From Promethearchaeota archaeon (lineage in GTDB: Archaea; Asgardarchaeota; Lokiarchaeia; Sigyniarchaeales; SOKP01): a DNA stretch of 22,812 nucleotides. The stretch lies in NCBI GenBank assembly GCA_016839745.1, contig JAEOTS010000113.1, positions 1 through 22,812 on the forward strand, written 5' to 3'. The notes under the pieces were generated by a model that was not told the DNA's origin, ran no database searches, and worked only from the letters and a program-made list of their open reading frames with translations. Of the stretch, positions 8,530 to 16,912 are shown piece by piece. A program made the position numbers and the translations under genes. Each line of letters begins with the position of its first letter. The stretch's first letter is position 1.

Positions 8530-9450
8530 GTGAAGTTTACTATTAAAATATCTCTTGTAGGACTTGGAGGATGTGGTAAAACAAGTTTGTATTCTGTCGC
8601 TTTTGCAGAAAAAAGACCAGAAGACACCAAAAAGTTAAGTCCCACAATCCTCTATGAGACGAGAAGACACCCCTTTTTAGGGCTTCAGGTTGGAATTTTT
8701 GACTTCGGCGGACAAGAACAATACAGAAAAGAATATATGGAAAAGCCAGAAATTTTTAAAGGCACTGATATTTTAATTTGCATTGTTGATTTACACGATC
8801 CAGACTCTTTCGATCAAGGAAAAGAATACTTTGAGGGTTTATTGGATATTCATAGGAAAAATAACGAGAAACCAAGAGTCTTATTATTCTTACACAAATA
8901 CGATACTGAAGACTATCCAAAGGAACTTTTAGATACGAATGTTAAGAATGCCAAAGAAATCTTTTCAGACATGTTTAAAGATTACGATTTCGATTTAAAA
9001 TTGACGAGTATTTATCAACAAGATGAATTAGCTAAAGTTTTTCGGGATATGTTAATTTCTTCTTACAAAGACTTAAAGGCTTCTGTTGAGAAAGCAGAGA
9101 GTCAACTCGAAGAAATAAAAGCTAAGATAATAATTTCTGATGTTTCTGGAAATGTGCTAGTTCATAACGTTCAAGGTGTTAGCAGTGGTTTGACGCTAAG
9201 AGGAGATTTGAGGGATTTCATTGACGCAGCAAATACGGTGAGAGAGAATATTTTTATGTCCGATTCGTGTCGCTTCATGGGACAGAGTGAAGATGGAAAG
9301 GGGATTGAGCTCCACATCTTTAAGTATATCATTTCTGTATTTGTTATGAAATCACAAGAATTAGATAGAGATTCTCAAGATAAATTGAACGTGTTACTTA
9401 ACGATATGAAACTTTTCGCAGATTTAATCATCTCTGCTCACTCCGATTAA
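8530..9450 (+). CDS. Rag/Gtr-like small GTPase with C-terminal roadblock-like domain
   Basis: G1 GLGGCGKTS, G2 SPT, G3 DFGGQ, G4 FLHKYD (HKxD, typical of Rag) and G5 LTSIY (as in RagC/D). C-terminal IIISDVSGNVLVHN... shows an alpha/beta roadblock-like pattern. GTG start. Confidence 0.82.
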   Translation: MKFTIKISLVGLGGCGKTSLYSVAFAEKRPEDTKKLSPTILYETRRHPFLGLQVGIFDFGGQEQYRKEYMEKPEIFKGTDILICIVDLHDPDSFDQGKEYFEGLLDIHRKNNEKPRVLLFLHKYDTEDYPKELLDTNVKNAKEIFSDMFKDYDFDLKLTSIYQQDELAKVFRDMLISSYKDLKASVEKAESQLEEIKAKIIISDVSGNVLVHNVQGVSSGLTLRGDLRDFIDAANTVRENIFMSDSCRFMGQSEDGKGIELHIFKYIISVFVMKSQELDRDSQDKLNVLLNDMKLFADLIISAHSD

Positions 9451-9560
9451 AGCTTTTAACAACTTTATTTTTACTTTTATCTCTTTTTAATATTCAACTT
9501 TTTAAGCAAACATTTTCGAAAAATTTTTTGTATTTGCATTCTTTTTTTTAACTGTATAAG

Positions 9561-10697
9561 ATGTCCGAAAAAGTCGAAGATCGAATAAAAGAATTAGAAG
9601 AAAGATTAGCGAACACCAAGGTAAATAAGGCTACACAAAAAAGTATAAATTATACTAAAGCGCAACTCGCCAAACTCCGCGAGGATTTGATTCGGATTTC
9701 AAGCTCTAAAAAAGGCGGCGGTGGCGGCTTCGGTATTAAAAGAACTGGTGATGCACAAGTGGCTTTCATTGGATTTCCTTCAGTTGGGAAATCTTCTTTA
9801 TTAAATTTGCTCACTGAAGGTAACACTCATTCTAAAGTTGCAGCATATGATTTTACTACTGTTACAGCCATACCTGGTATGATGAATATTGAAGATGCGA
9901 AAATTCAGCTTATTGATTTACCGGGTATAATTTTGGGCGCTGCTGCGGGTAAAGGGCGTGGAAAGGAAGTATTAGCAGCAGTACGCTCAGCAGAATTAGT
10001 GTTAATTATAATTTGTTTTCGATCTGATGGGACGATCAATCTTTCTGATTTGAAAGCTATTAGAACGGAGCTGAATAATGCGGGAATAAGGTTAAATACG
10101 AGCCCACCTAGGATTGTTATTAAAGAGCGTACTCGTGGAGGAATTCATTTTACTTACAAAGGTCACCAACTCATGGACGCAGATGAGGTTAAGGCTCTAA
10201 TGAATGAATTAAAAGTCCGGAACGCGGGGGTATATTTCTCTGAGCCAGATATTACGCCAGATGAGTTAATAGATTTCGTATTTGGAAATCGAATTTATAC
10301 AAGAGAATTTGTGGTCATAAATAAATCTGATTTAATGGAAACTCCAATTCCCCCTGAAAAGATTACAGAAGCAATTGGTCACGAACATTGGGTAATGATC
10401 TCAGCCAAAAATAGAGAAAATATTACTACTCTTAAGCACAATATCTTCACGGAGCTGAATTTAATACGAGTGTTTTTAAAGCCACCAAGACAGGATGCTG
10501 ATATGGATGAGCCAATTATTCTCCACCGGGGCGATACTCTAGAGAAACTCTGTCGTAAAATTCACAAACGATTTATAAGTGATTATCGCTACTCGTTAGT
10601 ATGGGGAAAATCTGCTAAACACCCTGGTCAAAAGTTTGATAACCTAGATCATGTTATTGAGGATGGAGATATAATTTCAATCTATCTAAAGCGATAG
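9561..10697 (+). CDS. drg: DRG/Rbg1 family (OBG superfamily) GTPase with TGS domain
   Basis: NKATQ...KAQLAKLR N-terminus, GFPSVGKSSLL, YDFTT, DLPGII, GKGRGKEVL, NKSD, and C-terminal TGS WGKSAKHPGQK...DHVIEDGDII. Confidence 0.95.
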   Translation: MSEKVEDRIKELEERLANTKVNKATQKSINYTKAQLAKLREDLIRISSSKKGGGGGFGIKRTGDAQVAFIGFPSVGKSSLLNLLTEGNTHSKVAAYDFTTVTAIPGMMNIEDAKIQLIDLPGIILGAAAGKGRGKEVLAAVRSAELVLIIICFRSDGTINLSDLKAIRTELNNAGIRLNTSPPRIVIKERTRGGIHFTYKGHQLMDADEVKALMNELKVRNAGVYFSEPDITPDELIDFVFGNRIYTREFVVINKSDLMETPIPPEKITEAIGHEHWVMISAKNRENITTLKHNIFTELNLIRVFLKPPRQDADMDEPIILHRGDTLEKLCRKIHKRFISDYRYSLVWGKSAKHPGQKFDNLDHVIEDGDIISIYLKR

Positions 10698-10709
10698 TGT
10701 TAATAAAAC

Positions 10710-11342
10710 CTAAGTGTAAAAAATCCTATATAATTCATTGTAAATCTCCGCGAGTTTGGATATTCTATAAGGATCGTTTTCTTGTAATGAATGAAGGAGA
10801 TAAGAACCTAAACCTTCAGGATTTTTAATCCAATCTAAAAAAAATTCCACTTCCGCTTTAAGATTAGGGTCAATTGAGGGTTGTCCTAATCTATTGCTTA
10901 CTTCAGCCAAATCGTTGCTATCGGAAACATCTATTTCAGTCTCAATAAATTGTGATTTTGATCCTTTTGTCATCATTGCTGCTGCTCTTGCTATAGCAGG
11001 GTATGCCATATGCATCCAACCCTTTGCTTTTGGTCTGATGTGAGCTATAAGATACATATCAGTTCCAGGGATGGACGAACCAACTAAGTGTCCCTTTTTC
11101 TTTCTGTTAGTAGCTATAAATCTTTCAGGTTCCATTTGAAGAACTGAATATCTTATGCCGTCCATATTCACAAACTGGGCATTACCGCTACTCCAGCTAG
11201 CAAATACTCCTTTAACATCTTTCGATACATTCCAATTGCTTGTAGAGTGAAGGACTTTTGCCTTATTATTAATCACAACTACTTCTGTAGCGTCAGAATA
11301 ATGCTTTTGCAAATGTTTTACAATTGATTTATAATTAACGAT
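10710..11342 (-). CDS. Asgard profilin-like protein with ~80-aa C-terminal extension; start probably at ATC 11342 rather than TTG 11312
   Basis: VVVINNKAKVLHSTSNWNV...GIRYSVLQMEPERFIATNRKKKGHLVG resembles the Lokiarchaeal profilin pattern (T.NWD, G.KY..., PER..ATN...KGHL). The frame stays open upstream of the TTG and gives the amphipathic helix VNYKSIVKHLQKHY. SD AGGTG lies 7 nt before the ATC. Confidence 0.72.
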   Translation of the reverse strand: MVNYKSIVKHLQKHYSDATEVVVINNKAKVLHSTSNWNVSKDVKGVFASWSSGNAQFVNMDGIRYSVLQMEPERFIATNRKKKGHLVGSSIPGTDMYLIAHIRPKAKGWMHMAYPAIARAAAMMTKGSKSQFIETEIDVSDSNDLAEVSNRLGQPSIDPNLKAEVEFFLDWIKNPEGLGSYLLHSLQENDPYRISKLAEIYNELYRIFYT

Positions 11343-11356
11343 AATTATACACCTAT

Positions 11357-12736
11357 TTAAGTCGATTGTATTTTGCTTATTAAATTAATCCATTTTTCGA
11401 TTTGTTCTGTTAATTCTAATTTTTCTTTAGAGCTTAATCCTTTGTTCGGTTCTACATTTTGGTAAAAGTTAACATATCTACTCATTTCCCACAAAACATT
11501 TGAATGCAAAATCATACTTTTAATGTAATCTCGAGCAATTTCGAGTGCCCTTGCTATGGATCTAATGTCATAATCTTGATTTACGATATCTTTAATAACT
11601 AGGAGAATATCTAGCGAATTACGCGTTGGAATGATTGGAAGTGGCTTAGCCCATACCGTAGGGCGTTTCATAGTTCTAATCTTGAATTCCTTTTGTTCCT
11701 TCCTAAAATCTCCAATATCTATAGTTTCTTTATCAACTTCTTTTGGTTGGTACAATTTACTTTTTACTTGAATAACCGATCTCTCCAGCTCATCCTTCGT
11801 TTTTCTCCTATACTTCTCCGGCCAGTCGATAAACTTATTCATTCTTGGTTCAGCAGAGAGAAAAATTGATTCCTTTGGCATTTTTTTGTTTGATCTCTCA
11901 ACTTTGAGAGCATAAGAAGAATTGATTTCTGATCTTAACTTTAACGTAGCATTTACTAAGATTGAAAACAAATACATTGGATCGTAATCTATCGTAGAAT
12001 AAACCTTTCTAAGTTTTAATGCTAATTTTTCAAGATATTGTAGTTGCTGGTGCGAAAAATATCTTTCTAAATGCTTTTTAGAGTCAAGCGTGATTCCATT
12101 CAATCCTGCAGTAGTGTTTAAATAATTAGTTTTCATTTCATAGTCCATTTCAGAGGAAACCAAGATTTGATTATAAGAATCCCACTCTGTACTTAGAAGA
12201 ATTGGCTCTGTTCTATTTAATTGAAAGGATTGTGGATTTCTCAAGGTTTCCATAAACTCTAAGATAATATCCTTATAGGGAATAAAAAGGTTTCTCATAA
12301 GAGTTCCTTGAATAAACGTACGCTTGTTTTCAGATTTATTAGAAAGATCTATGGGTAATTTAAAGAGGTTCTCGCTTACGATGACATCGCGATCGTTTTC
12401 TAAAGTTACATTTTTTGAGGTTGAAAGATAATCGTAGACGAAATCAGTGAGTACCAACCCAGTTAATTGTCGATTATCAGTAACATATCTTCCGCTTTGA
12501 AGTTCAAATTTAGCGTAATAATAACCTAGTCCGAAAAGATAATAGAGAGTCCCCTTTTCTGTTTGAACAGAACAATCAGCACCACTGAAAAAAATAACAA
12601 GGTCATGAGATATTTTCGAAACATTGTGGTTAGAATATTGACCTAAGGTGGGATAACCAAGCAAATGTCCCCAACTTGGAATGACAAAGAAATTATAACT
12701 TTCCAAAATGTTAGGTTTTGCTTTAATGATGACCAT
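11357..12736 (-). CDS. Hypothetical protein (459 aa), likely co-transcribed with the profilin-like gene
   Basis: Long ORF with ATG start. Its stop codon sits 2 nt from the SD of the next gene. No catalytic motif recognised. Confidence 0.8.
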   Translation of the reverse strand: MVIIKAKPNILESYNFFVIPSWGHLLGYPTLGQYSNHNVSKISHDLVIFFSGADCSVQTEKGTLYYLFGLGYYYAKFELQSGRYVTDNRQLTGLVLTDFVYDYLSTSKNVTLENDRDVIVSENLFKLPIDLSNKSENKRTFIQGTLMRNLFIPYKDIILEFMETLRNPQSFQLNRTEPILLSTEWDSYNQILVSSEMDYEMKTNYLNTTAGLNGITLDSKKHLERYFSHQQLQYLEKLALKLRKVYSTIDYDPMYLFSILVNATLKLRSEINSSYALKVERSNKKMPKESIFLSAEPRMNKFIDWPEKYRRKTKDELERSVIQVKSKLYQPKEVDKETIDIGDFRKEQKEFKIRTMKRPTVWAKPLPIIPTRNSLDILLVIKDIVNQDYDIRSIARALEIARDYIKSMILHSNVLWEMSRYVNFYQNVEPNKGLSSKEKLELTEQIEKWINLISKIQST

Positions 12737-12803
12737 ACCAAATACAATTTCGAGATTTTTTACGATCTAATCTGGATATACTAGTTATTATATCATCTTA
12801 ATA

Positions 12804-12864
12804 CTTATATTTAAGTTTCTATTGGACTTGAATGAAAATTTTAGATTCACTCAATTAATGGACT
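12804..12864 (-). promoter_or_regulatory. Promoter block copy 1: imperfect palindrome plus BRE/TATA
   Basis: ACTCAATTAATGGACT at 12849-12864. Minus-strand AGAAAC-TTAAATATAAG ends 68 nt before the ATG at 12736. Repeated at 13503-13564. Confidence 0.6.
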
Positions 12865-12940
12865 TAATATTAATTTTATCTTATTTTTATCTCTTTTTTT
12901 AAAATTGGTTCCTTATTGGTAGAATGGGTCTTACTAGTGA

Positions 12941-13435
12941 TTACTTAAATGGATTTGGTAACCACTTTCCCACTTTTTTTTTGTATTCTAAAAATAGTGC
13001 ACCGAACATGTTTTCAAGTATCTTTTCTTCAAAGTTTACCATCCTGTTATAAACAAAAAAGACTGGAATAAAAAAACCAATGCTAATTAACGATATCGAT
13101 AAAAAGATAAATGCCACATAAATTAATAATATTCCAAAATACATTGGATTTCTCGTATATCCAAGTATTCCTTTTATAATCAAAGAATTAGGTGGTTGGT
13201 GTGATTTAAATAACGCACGATGAGATAGTGAAATAAAAGTTAGAGCTATAGCTAGAACCAAGATAAAAAGTATTAACCGAATTACAAATGGTACATAGTC
13301 GTTTAAAAATATTGAAATTCGAAAAATGTTTGAATCTAAAAACCAAATTAAGAAAAATCCTACTGGCAATATAGCATGATAAATATGCGCGTTTGGAATT
13401 TCTCTTTCATGACCTTCATGTCTTTTTATACTCAT
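12941..13435 (-). CDS. Isoprenylcysteine carboxyl methyltransferase / PEMT family membrane methyltransferase
   Basis: Hydrophobic helices plus LIIKGILGYTRNPMYFG and EEKILENMFG...EYKKKVGKWLP family motifs. Confidence 0.88.
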   Translation of the reverse strand: MSIKRHEGHEREIPNAHIYHAILPVGFFLIWFLDSNIFRISIFLNDYVPFVIRLILFILVLAIALTFISLSHRALFKSHQPPNSLIIKGILGYTRNPMYFGILLIYVAFIFLSISLISIGFFIPVFFVYNRMVNFEEKILENMFGALFLEYKKKVGKWLPNPFK

Positions 13436-13502
13436 TTTAAATCAACTTTGTTTTTTATTTTTATGTTTCCTATTTTTTTTTTTTTATTTATTGATCTCAA
13501 TT

Positions 13503-13564
13503 CTTATAATTAAGTTTCTTCTGGGCTTCTTTAAAATCTTATTGATATACTCAATTAATGGACT
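13503..13564 (-). promoter_or_regulatory. Promoter block copy 2: imperfect palindrome plus BRE/TATA
   Basis: Identical 16-mer ACTCAATTAATGGACT at 13549-13564. Minus-strand AGAAAC-TTAATTATAAG ends 68 nt before the ATG at 13435. Confidence 0.6.
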
Positions 13565-13634
13565 CCTTTAATGATATTAATTGTGTTTGAAGTGATGATC
13601 TTAAATATCTAAAAATTAAAATTCGAAAATTAAA

Positions 13635-14378
13635 ATGTCAAATATAGATGTCAAAAAAGACTTCCAAGAATTTGGGAAAAATATCCAGATTGTGGCAATT
13701 TGTACAGTTTTAACTATAGCTACAGGTATAACTAATCTTATAGCATTAATTTTTATCTTTATTGCTCTAGGATGTATCAAAAGGGCTAATCTACATTTGA
13801 ATAACTCTTCGTTATATGAATTTCGGTCAAAATACATCAGGGGTTTCATATCAAGAATATGTGGTACGATCATACTGATTACCGGAGGTGTAAACCTTGT
13901 GTTATTTTTCTTTATCCCAACCTTGTTCCCTTCCTATATCTCACTCGCTTTAGCTATAACGCTTATGGTATCGGGTTTACTATTCATACTTATAGGTGTG
14001 GCAGCTGAAATAAAATCGTGGAAAAATCTGAAAATATTTTTTGAGAATAATAGTAAGTTGTTTCCAACTAATATATCTAACGAGGCAATTGAGGGCTGCA
14101 GTAAACTAAAAACAGGTACGATATTAAGTGCCTTTGCGTTTTTAATCATCCCGGGAATTATCGGATTTATATATCAAATCATCGGGTATTTTAAGCTAGC
14201 AAAATTAGACAATTTGCCGATATATGACGCTCCAGAATCATCAGTATTACAAAAGAGCTTACCTGAGTCTCAACCGGTAAACAATTTTGATACAAGTATC
14301 AATTTTTGCCCAAACTGTGGAGTTAAATTATCTGGATTAGGTAAATTCTGTGCTCTATGTGGTTCAGAAATCAAATAA
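13635..14378 (+). CDS. Multi-pass membrane protein (DUF973/DUF996-like) with C-terminal zinc ribbon; paralog 1
   Basis: Several hydrophobic segments and C-terminal FCPNCG...FCALCG. Collinear with 14495-15247 (shared EFGK, RSK.I, QIIGYFKLAKL). Confidence 0.85.
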   Translation: MSNIDVKKDFQEFGKNIQIVAICTVLTIATGITNLIALIFIFIALGCIKRANLHLNNSSLYEFRSKYIRGFISRICGTIILITGGVNLVLFFFIPTLFPSYISLALAITLMVSGLLFILIGVAAEIKSWKNLKIFFENNSKLFPTNISNEAIEGCSKLKTGTILSAFAFLIIPGIIGFIYQIIGYFKLAKLDNLPIYDAPESSVLQKSLPESQPVNNFDTSINFCPNCGVKLSGLGKFCALCGSEIK

Positions 14379-14494
14379 AGAACTTTTTTTTTTTAATATT
14401 AAAATACTTATTTAGATAAATATAATTCAAAAAAGTTAAAACTAATTGATGTAAATATACACTTAATTAAATTAAGTTATCAAAGGTATTACAA

Positions 14495-15247
14495 ATGTCA
14501 AATGTTAATGTTAATAATGAATTCTCTGAGTTCGGAAAAAAGATGAAGATCGTAGGCATAATGACTATTTTGGTTATTATCCCTTTCGTAGGTAGTTTTT
14601 TAAGCTTTATCGGATTTATTTTTGGACTTATGGCTCTTGGGGATATACGGAACGCAAACAATAAATTAAATCAACCTTCCTTAGAAAATTATCGCTCAAA
14701 ATTCATAATAGCGGTTATTTTTAGGATGATTGGTTCTGTCGTTTCAATTGTTGGATCGTTTTACACATTTCCCAGTTTGTTTGACTTTAGTTTTAGCATA
14801 AGTATTCCCGCGTTGATTATGAGTTTTATACCCATGTTTGTAGGTTTTGTTATAAACCTTATAGCAGGTATACTAGAAATGGACGCTTGGCGTAGTTTAA
14901 CCGATTTTTTTAACCAGCATCGTACTTTATTTCCATCTTATGTTGCGAATGAGGCTTCAGAAGGAAGTGATAAATTAAGAACAGCTGCATTAATGAATAT
15001 CCTATCGTTTTTGATAATAACAATTCTGATTGGATGGATTTTTCAAATCATCGGGTACTTCAAATTAGCAAAGTTGGAAGAAACAACGGGGTATGCAGCA
15101 TCTAAAACTACTCCATCGGCACCAAGAGTGCAGCCAACCTCTCCACCGGCTCCAGTGCCTTCGGGAACAAATTTTTGCTCTAACTGTGGCGCCAAACTTA
15201 CTGGAGCGGAAAAGTATTGTCCTGAATGTGGCTCTACATTGAATTAA
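14495..15247 (+). CDS. Multi-pass membrane protein (DUF973/DUF996-like) with Pro-rich linker and C-terminal zinc ribbon; paralog 2
   Basis: Hydrophobic segments, PSAPRVQPTSPPAPVP linker, FCSNCG...YCPECG. Tandem paralog of the upstream gene. Confidence 0.85.
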   Translation: MSNVNVNNEFSEFGKKMKIVGIMTILVIIPFVGSFLSFIGFIFGLMALGDIRNANNKLNQPSLENYRSKFIIAVIFRMIGSVVSIVGSFYTFPSLFDFSFSISIPALIMSFIPMFVGFVINLIAGILEMDAWRSLTDFFNQHRTLFPSYVANEASEGSDKLRTAALMNILSFLIITILIGWIFQIIGYFKLAKLEETTGYAASKTTPSAPRVQPTSPPAPVPSGTNFCSNCGAKLTGAEKYCPECGSTLN

Positions 15248-15448
15248 AAACATAATTGAAATTCATTTTTTCTTCCTTTTTTTTTTATATCACTATTTTT
15301 ACTTTTAGTGACCTCTCCCTCCCTCCCCCTCTTTAAATTTTTTGTTTAAAAATGTGTTAATCTATAGGCTTATTTCTATAGATGTTAATTCATAATTATT
15401 TGATGGCCATGAATAAAATAAAGAAAAAATATGTTAAGAGATTAGAAT

Positions 15449-15682
15449 TTACATACCTTTAAACTTAACTCCAAGGAAAAAGAGAAACCAAGCCAGAAAG
15501 ACTACTATTGCTGCTACAATCAACCAAAATTGAAAAGAGCTAAGACCTGGTATTACATACATCGAAGGTAATAGAGTACCCGTCCAGAGTGCAACAGATT
15601 GGTCAAGTATGATAAATATTCCAAATGCCGTCAAAATGAAGGTTAAAAAAACTGTAAATTTACTTGGTGGTGTCCATCCCAT
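15449..15682 (-). CDS. Small two-TM membrane protein (77 aa)
   Basis: Free-standing ATG-started ORF with two hydrophobic helices; overlaps no other gene. Confidence 0.75.
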   Translation of the reverse strand: MGWTPPSKFTVFLTFILTAFGIFIILDQSVALWTGTLLPSMYVIPGLSSFQFWLIVAAIVVFLAWFLFFLGVKFKGM

Positions 15683-15801
15683 TTTAAATCACATTGTTTT
15701 TAATAAATAGTTAGTGTAAGTTATATGAAGTAATACTCGATATAAAAATTTAATTTATAGATATATCTGAATCGAACAAAAATTTGTATGATTTTCTATA
15801 A

Positions 15802-16875
15802 CTATTTGGTCATAGCTTTGAGAATTACTTCTCCAATCTTTTCATATTTAATTTCTTCAATGAAATGACCAACTCCACTAAAGAGAGTTATATTAGTTCT
15901 AAGCTGAGGGAGATGATGGAGCCATTGTTTTAATACACTTTCGCTACCTAACGGATCCCATTTACCAACTACGGCATGAACACCAATTCCATTAGACTTC
16001 CCACTCCATGATAAATTAATATTTTTTTGTAAGAAATCATAGAACGCTTTTGTACTTCTTTTACCGAATTTTGGATCAGAATAAGTATTCCCTTGACCCC
16101 AAACAGCTGATTGCAGAACTAAGCGTTTTGAGCTTTTAACGTTAGGTTTAGAAAGAAACTGCTGTCTTACTACCGATCGAGCTGTAAATTCTTCTTTTGG
16201 TAATTTTCCTAATTCTGCCATCAAAATGTATTTTAGCATACCTGAGAGTAATTTCATTGAGCTTGTAGGTTTAGCAAACATAGCATAGGACGCGAACGCC
16301 CCCCAGAAGCGGTCCTGAATAATATATGGCGTTCTTGCCCAGCCTAACCACGACATTGGGTAATTTTTATATGTTAAACCGCGATTAGAAAGAGGAAATA
16401 CGGTACTATTTAGTATGATTAGGTTTTTTAAGCGTTCAGGTGTTTTTAACAGCGCTCCCACCCCTATAGGACCGCCCCAATCGTGAATAATCATGGTTAT
16501 GTTTTGAAGATCAAGAGCAGTAATTAAATCCAATAAATTCTCAGCGTGATCCATGCATACCATTTCGTGAGAGGCTTGATCAGATAATCCAAAGCCGACA
16601 TGATCTGGATTTACGATTCTAATTGACTTTTTTCCTGCAATTATTAAGTGTTTTATTACTTTACGATAACTGTAGGAGCATTCAGGATTCCCGTGAACGA
16701 ATAATATTACATCATCAGGTTTGCGTCCTCCATGAATACTATCTCTAAAAAAAAGTTTCTTTCCTTTATCAATTCCTTTCGAAATTTTTAACCAAAAACC
16801 ACATCCTTCGGGATAATAATCTTTTGGTATCTCATATAATGGTGTGTCTCCTGATCCTTGAGTGATGTGAGCCAT
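15802..16875 (-). CDS. Alpha/beta hydrolase, haloalkane dehalogenase/OleB-like
   Basis: HGNP oxyanion motif, PDHVGFGLSD, nucleophile elbow HDWGG (Asp) and C-terminal GHFIEE His. Confidence 0.85.
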   Translation of the reverse strand: MAHITQGSGDTPLYEIPKDYYPEGCGFWLKISKGIDKGKKLFFRDSIHGGRKPDDVILFVHGNPECSYSYRKVIKHLIIAGKKSIRIVNPDHVGFGLSDQASHEMVCMDHAENLLDLITALDLQNITMIIHDWGGPIGVGALLKTPERLKNLIILNSTVFPLSNRGLTYKNYPMSWLGWARTPYIIQDRFWGAFASYAMFAKPTSSMKLLSGMLKYILMAELGKLPKEEFTARSVVRQQFLSKPNVKSSKRLVLQSAVWGQGNTYSDPKFGKRSTKAFYDFLQKNINLSWSGKSNGIGVHAVVGKWDPLGSESVLKQWLHHLPQLRTNITLFSGVGHFIEEIKYEKIGEVILKAMTK

Positions 16876-16912
16876 ATAAAAAACTTTTAAAAAATTGTAT
16901 ATATGAGTTTTA

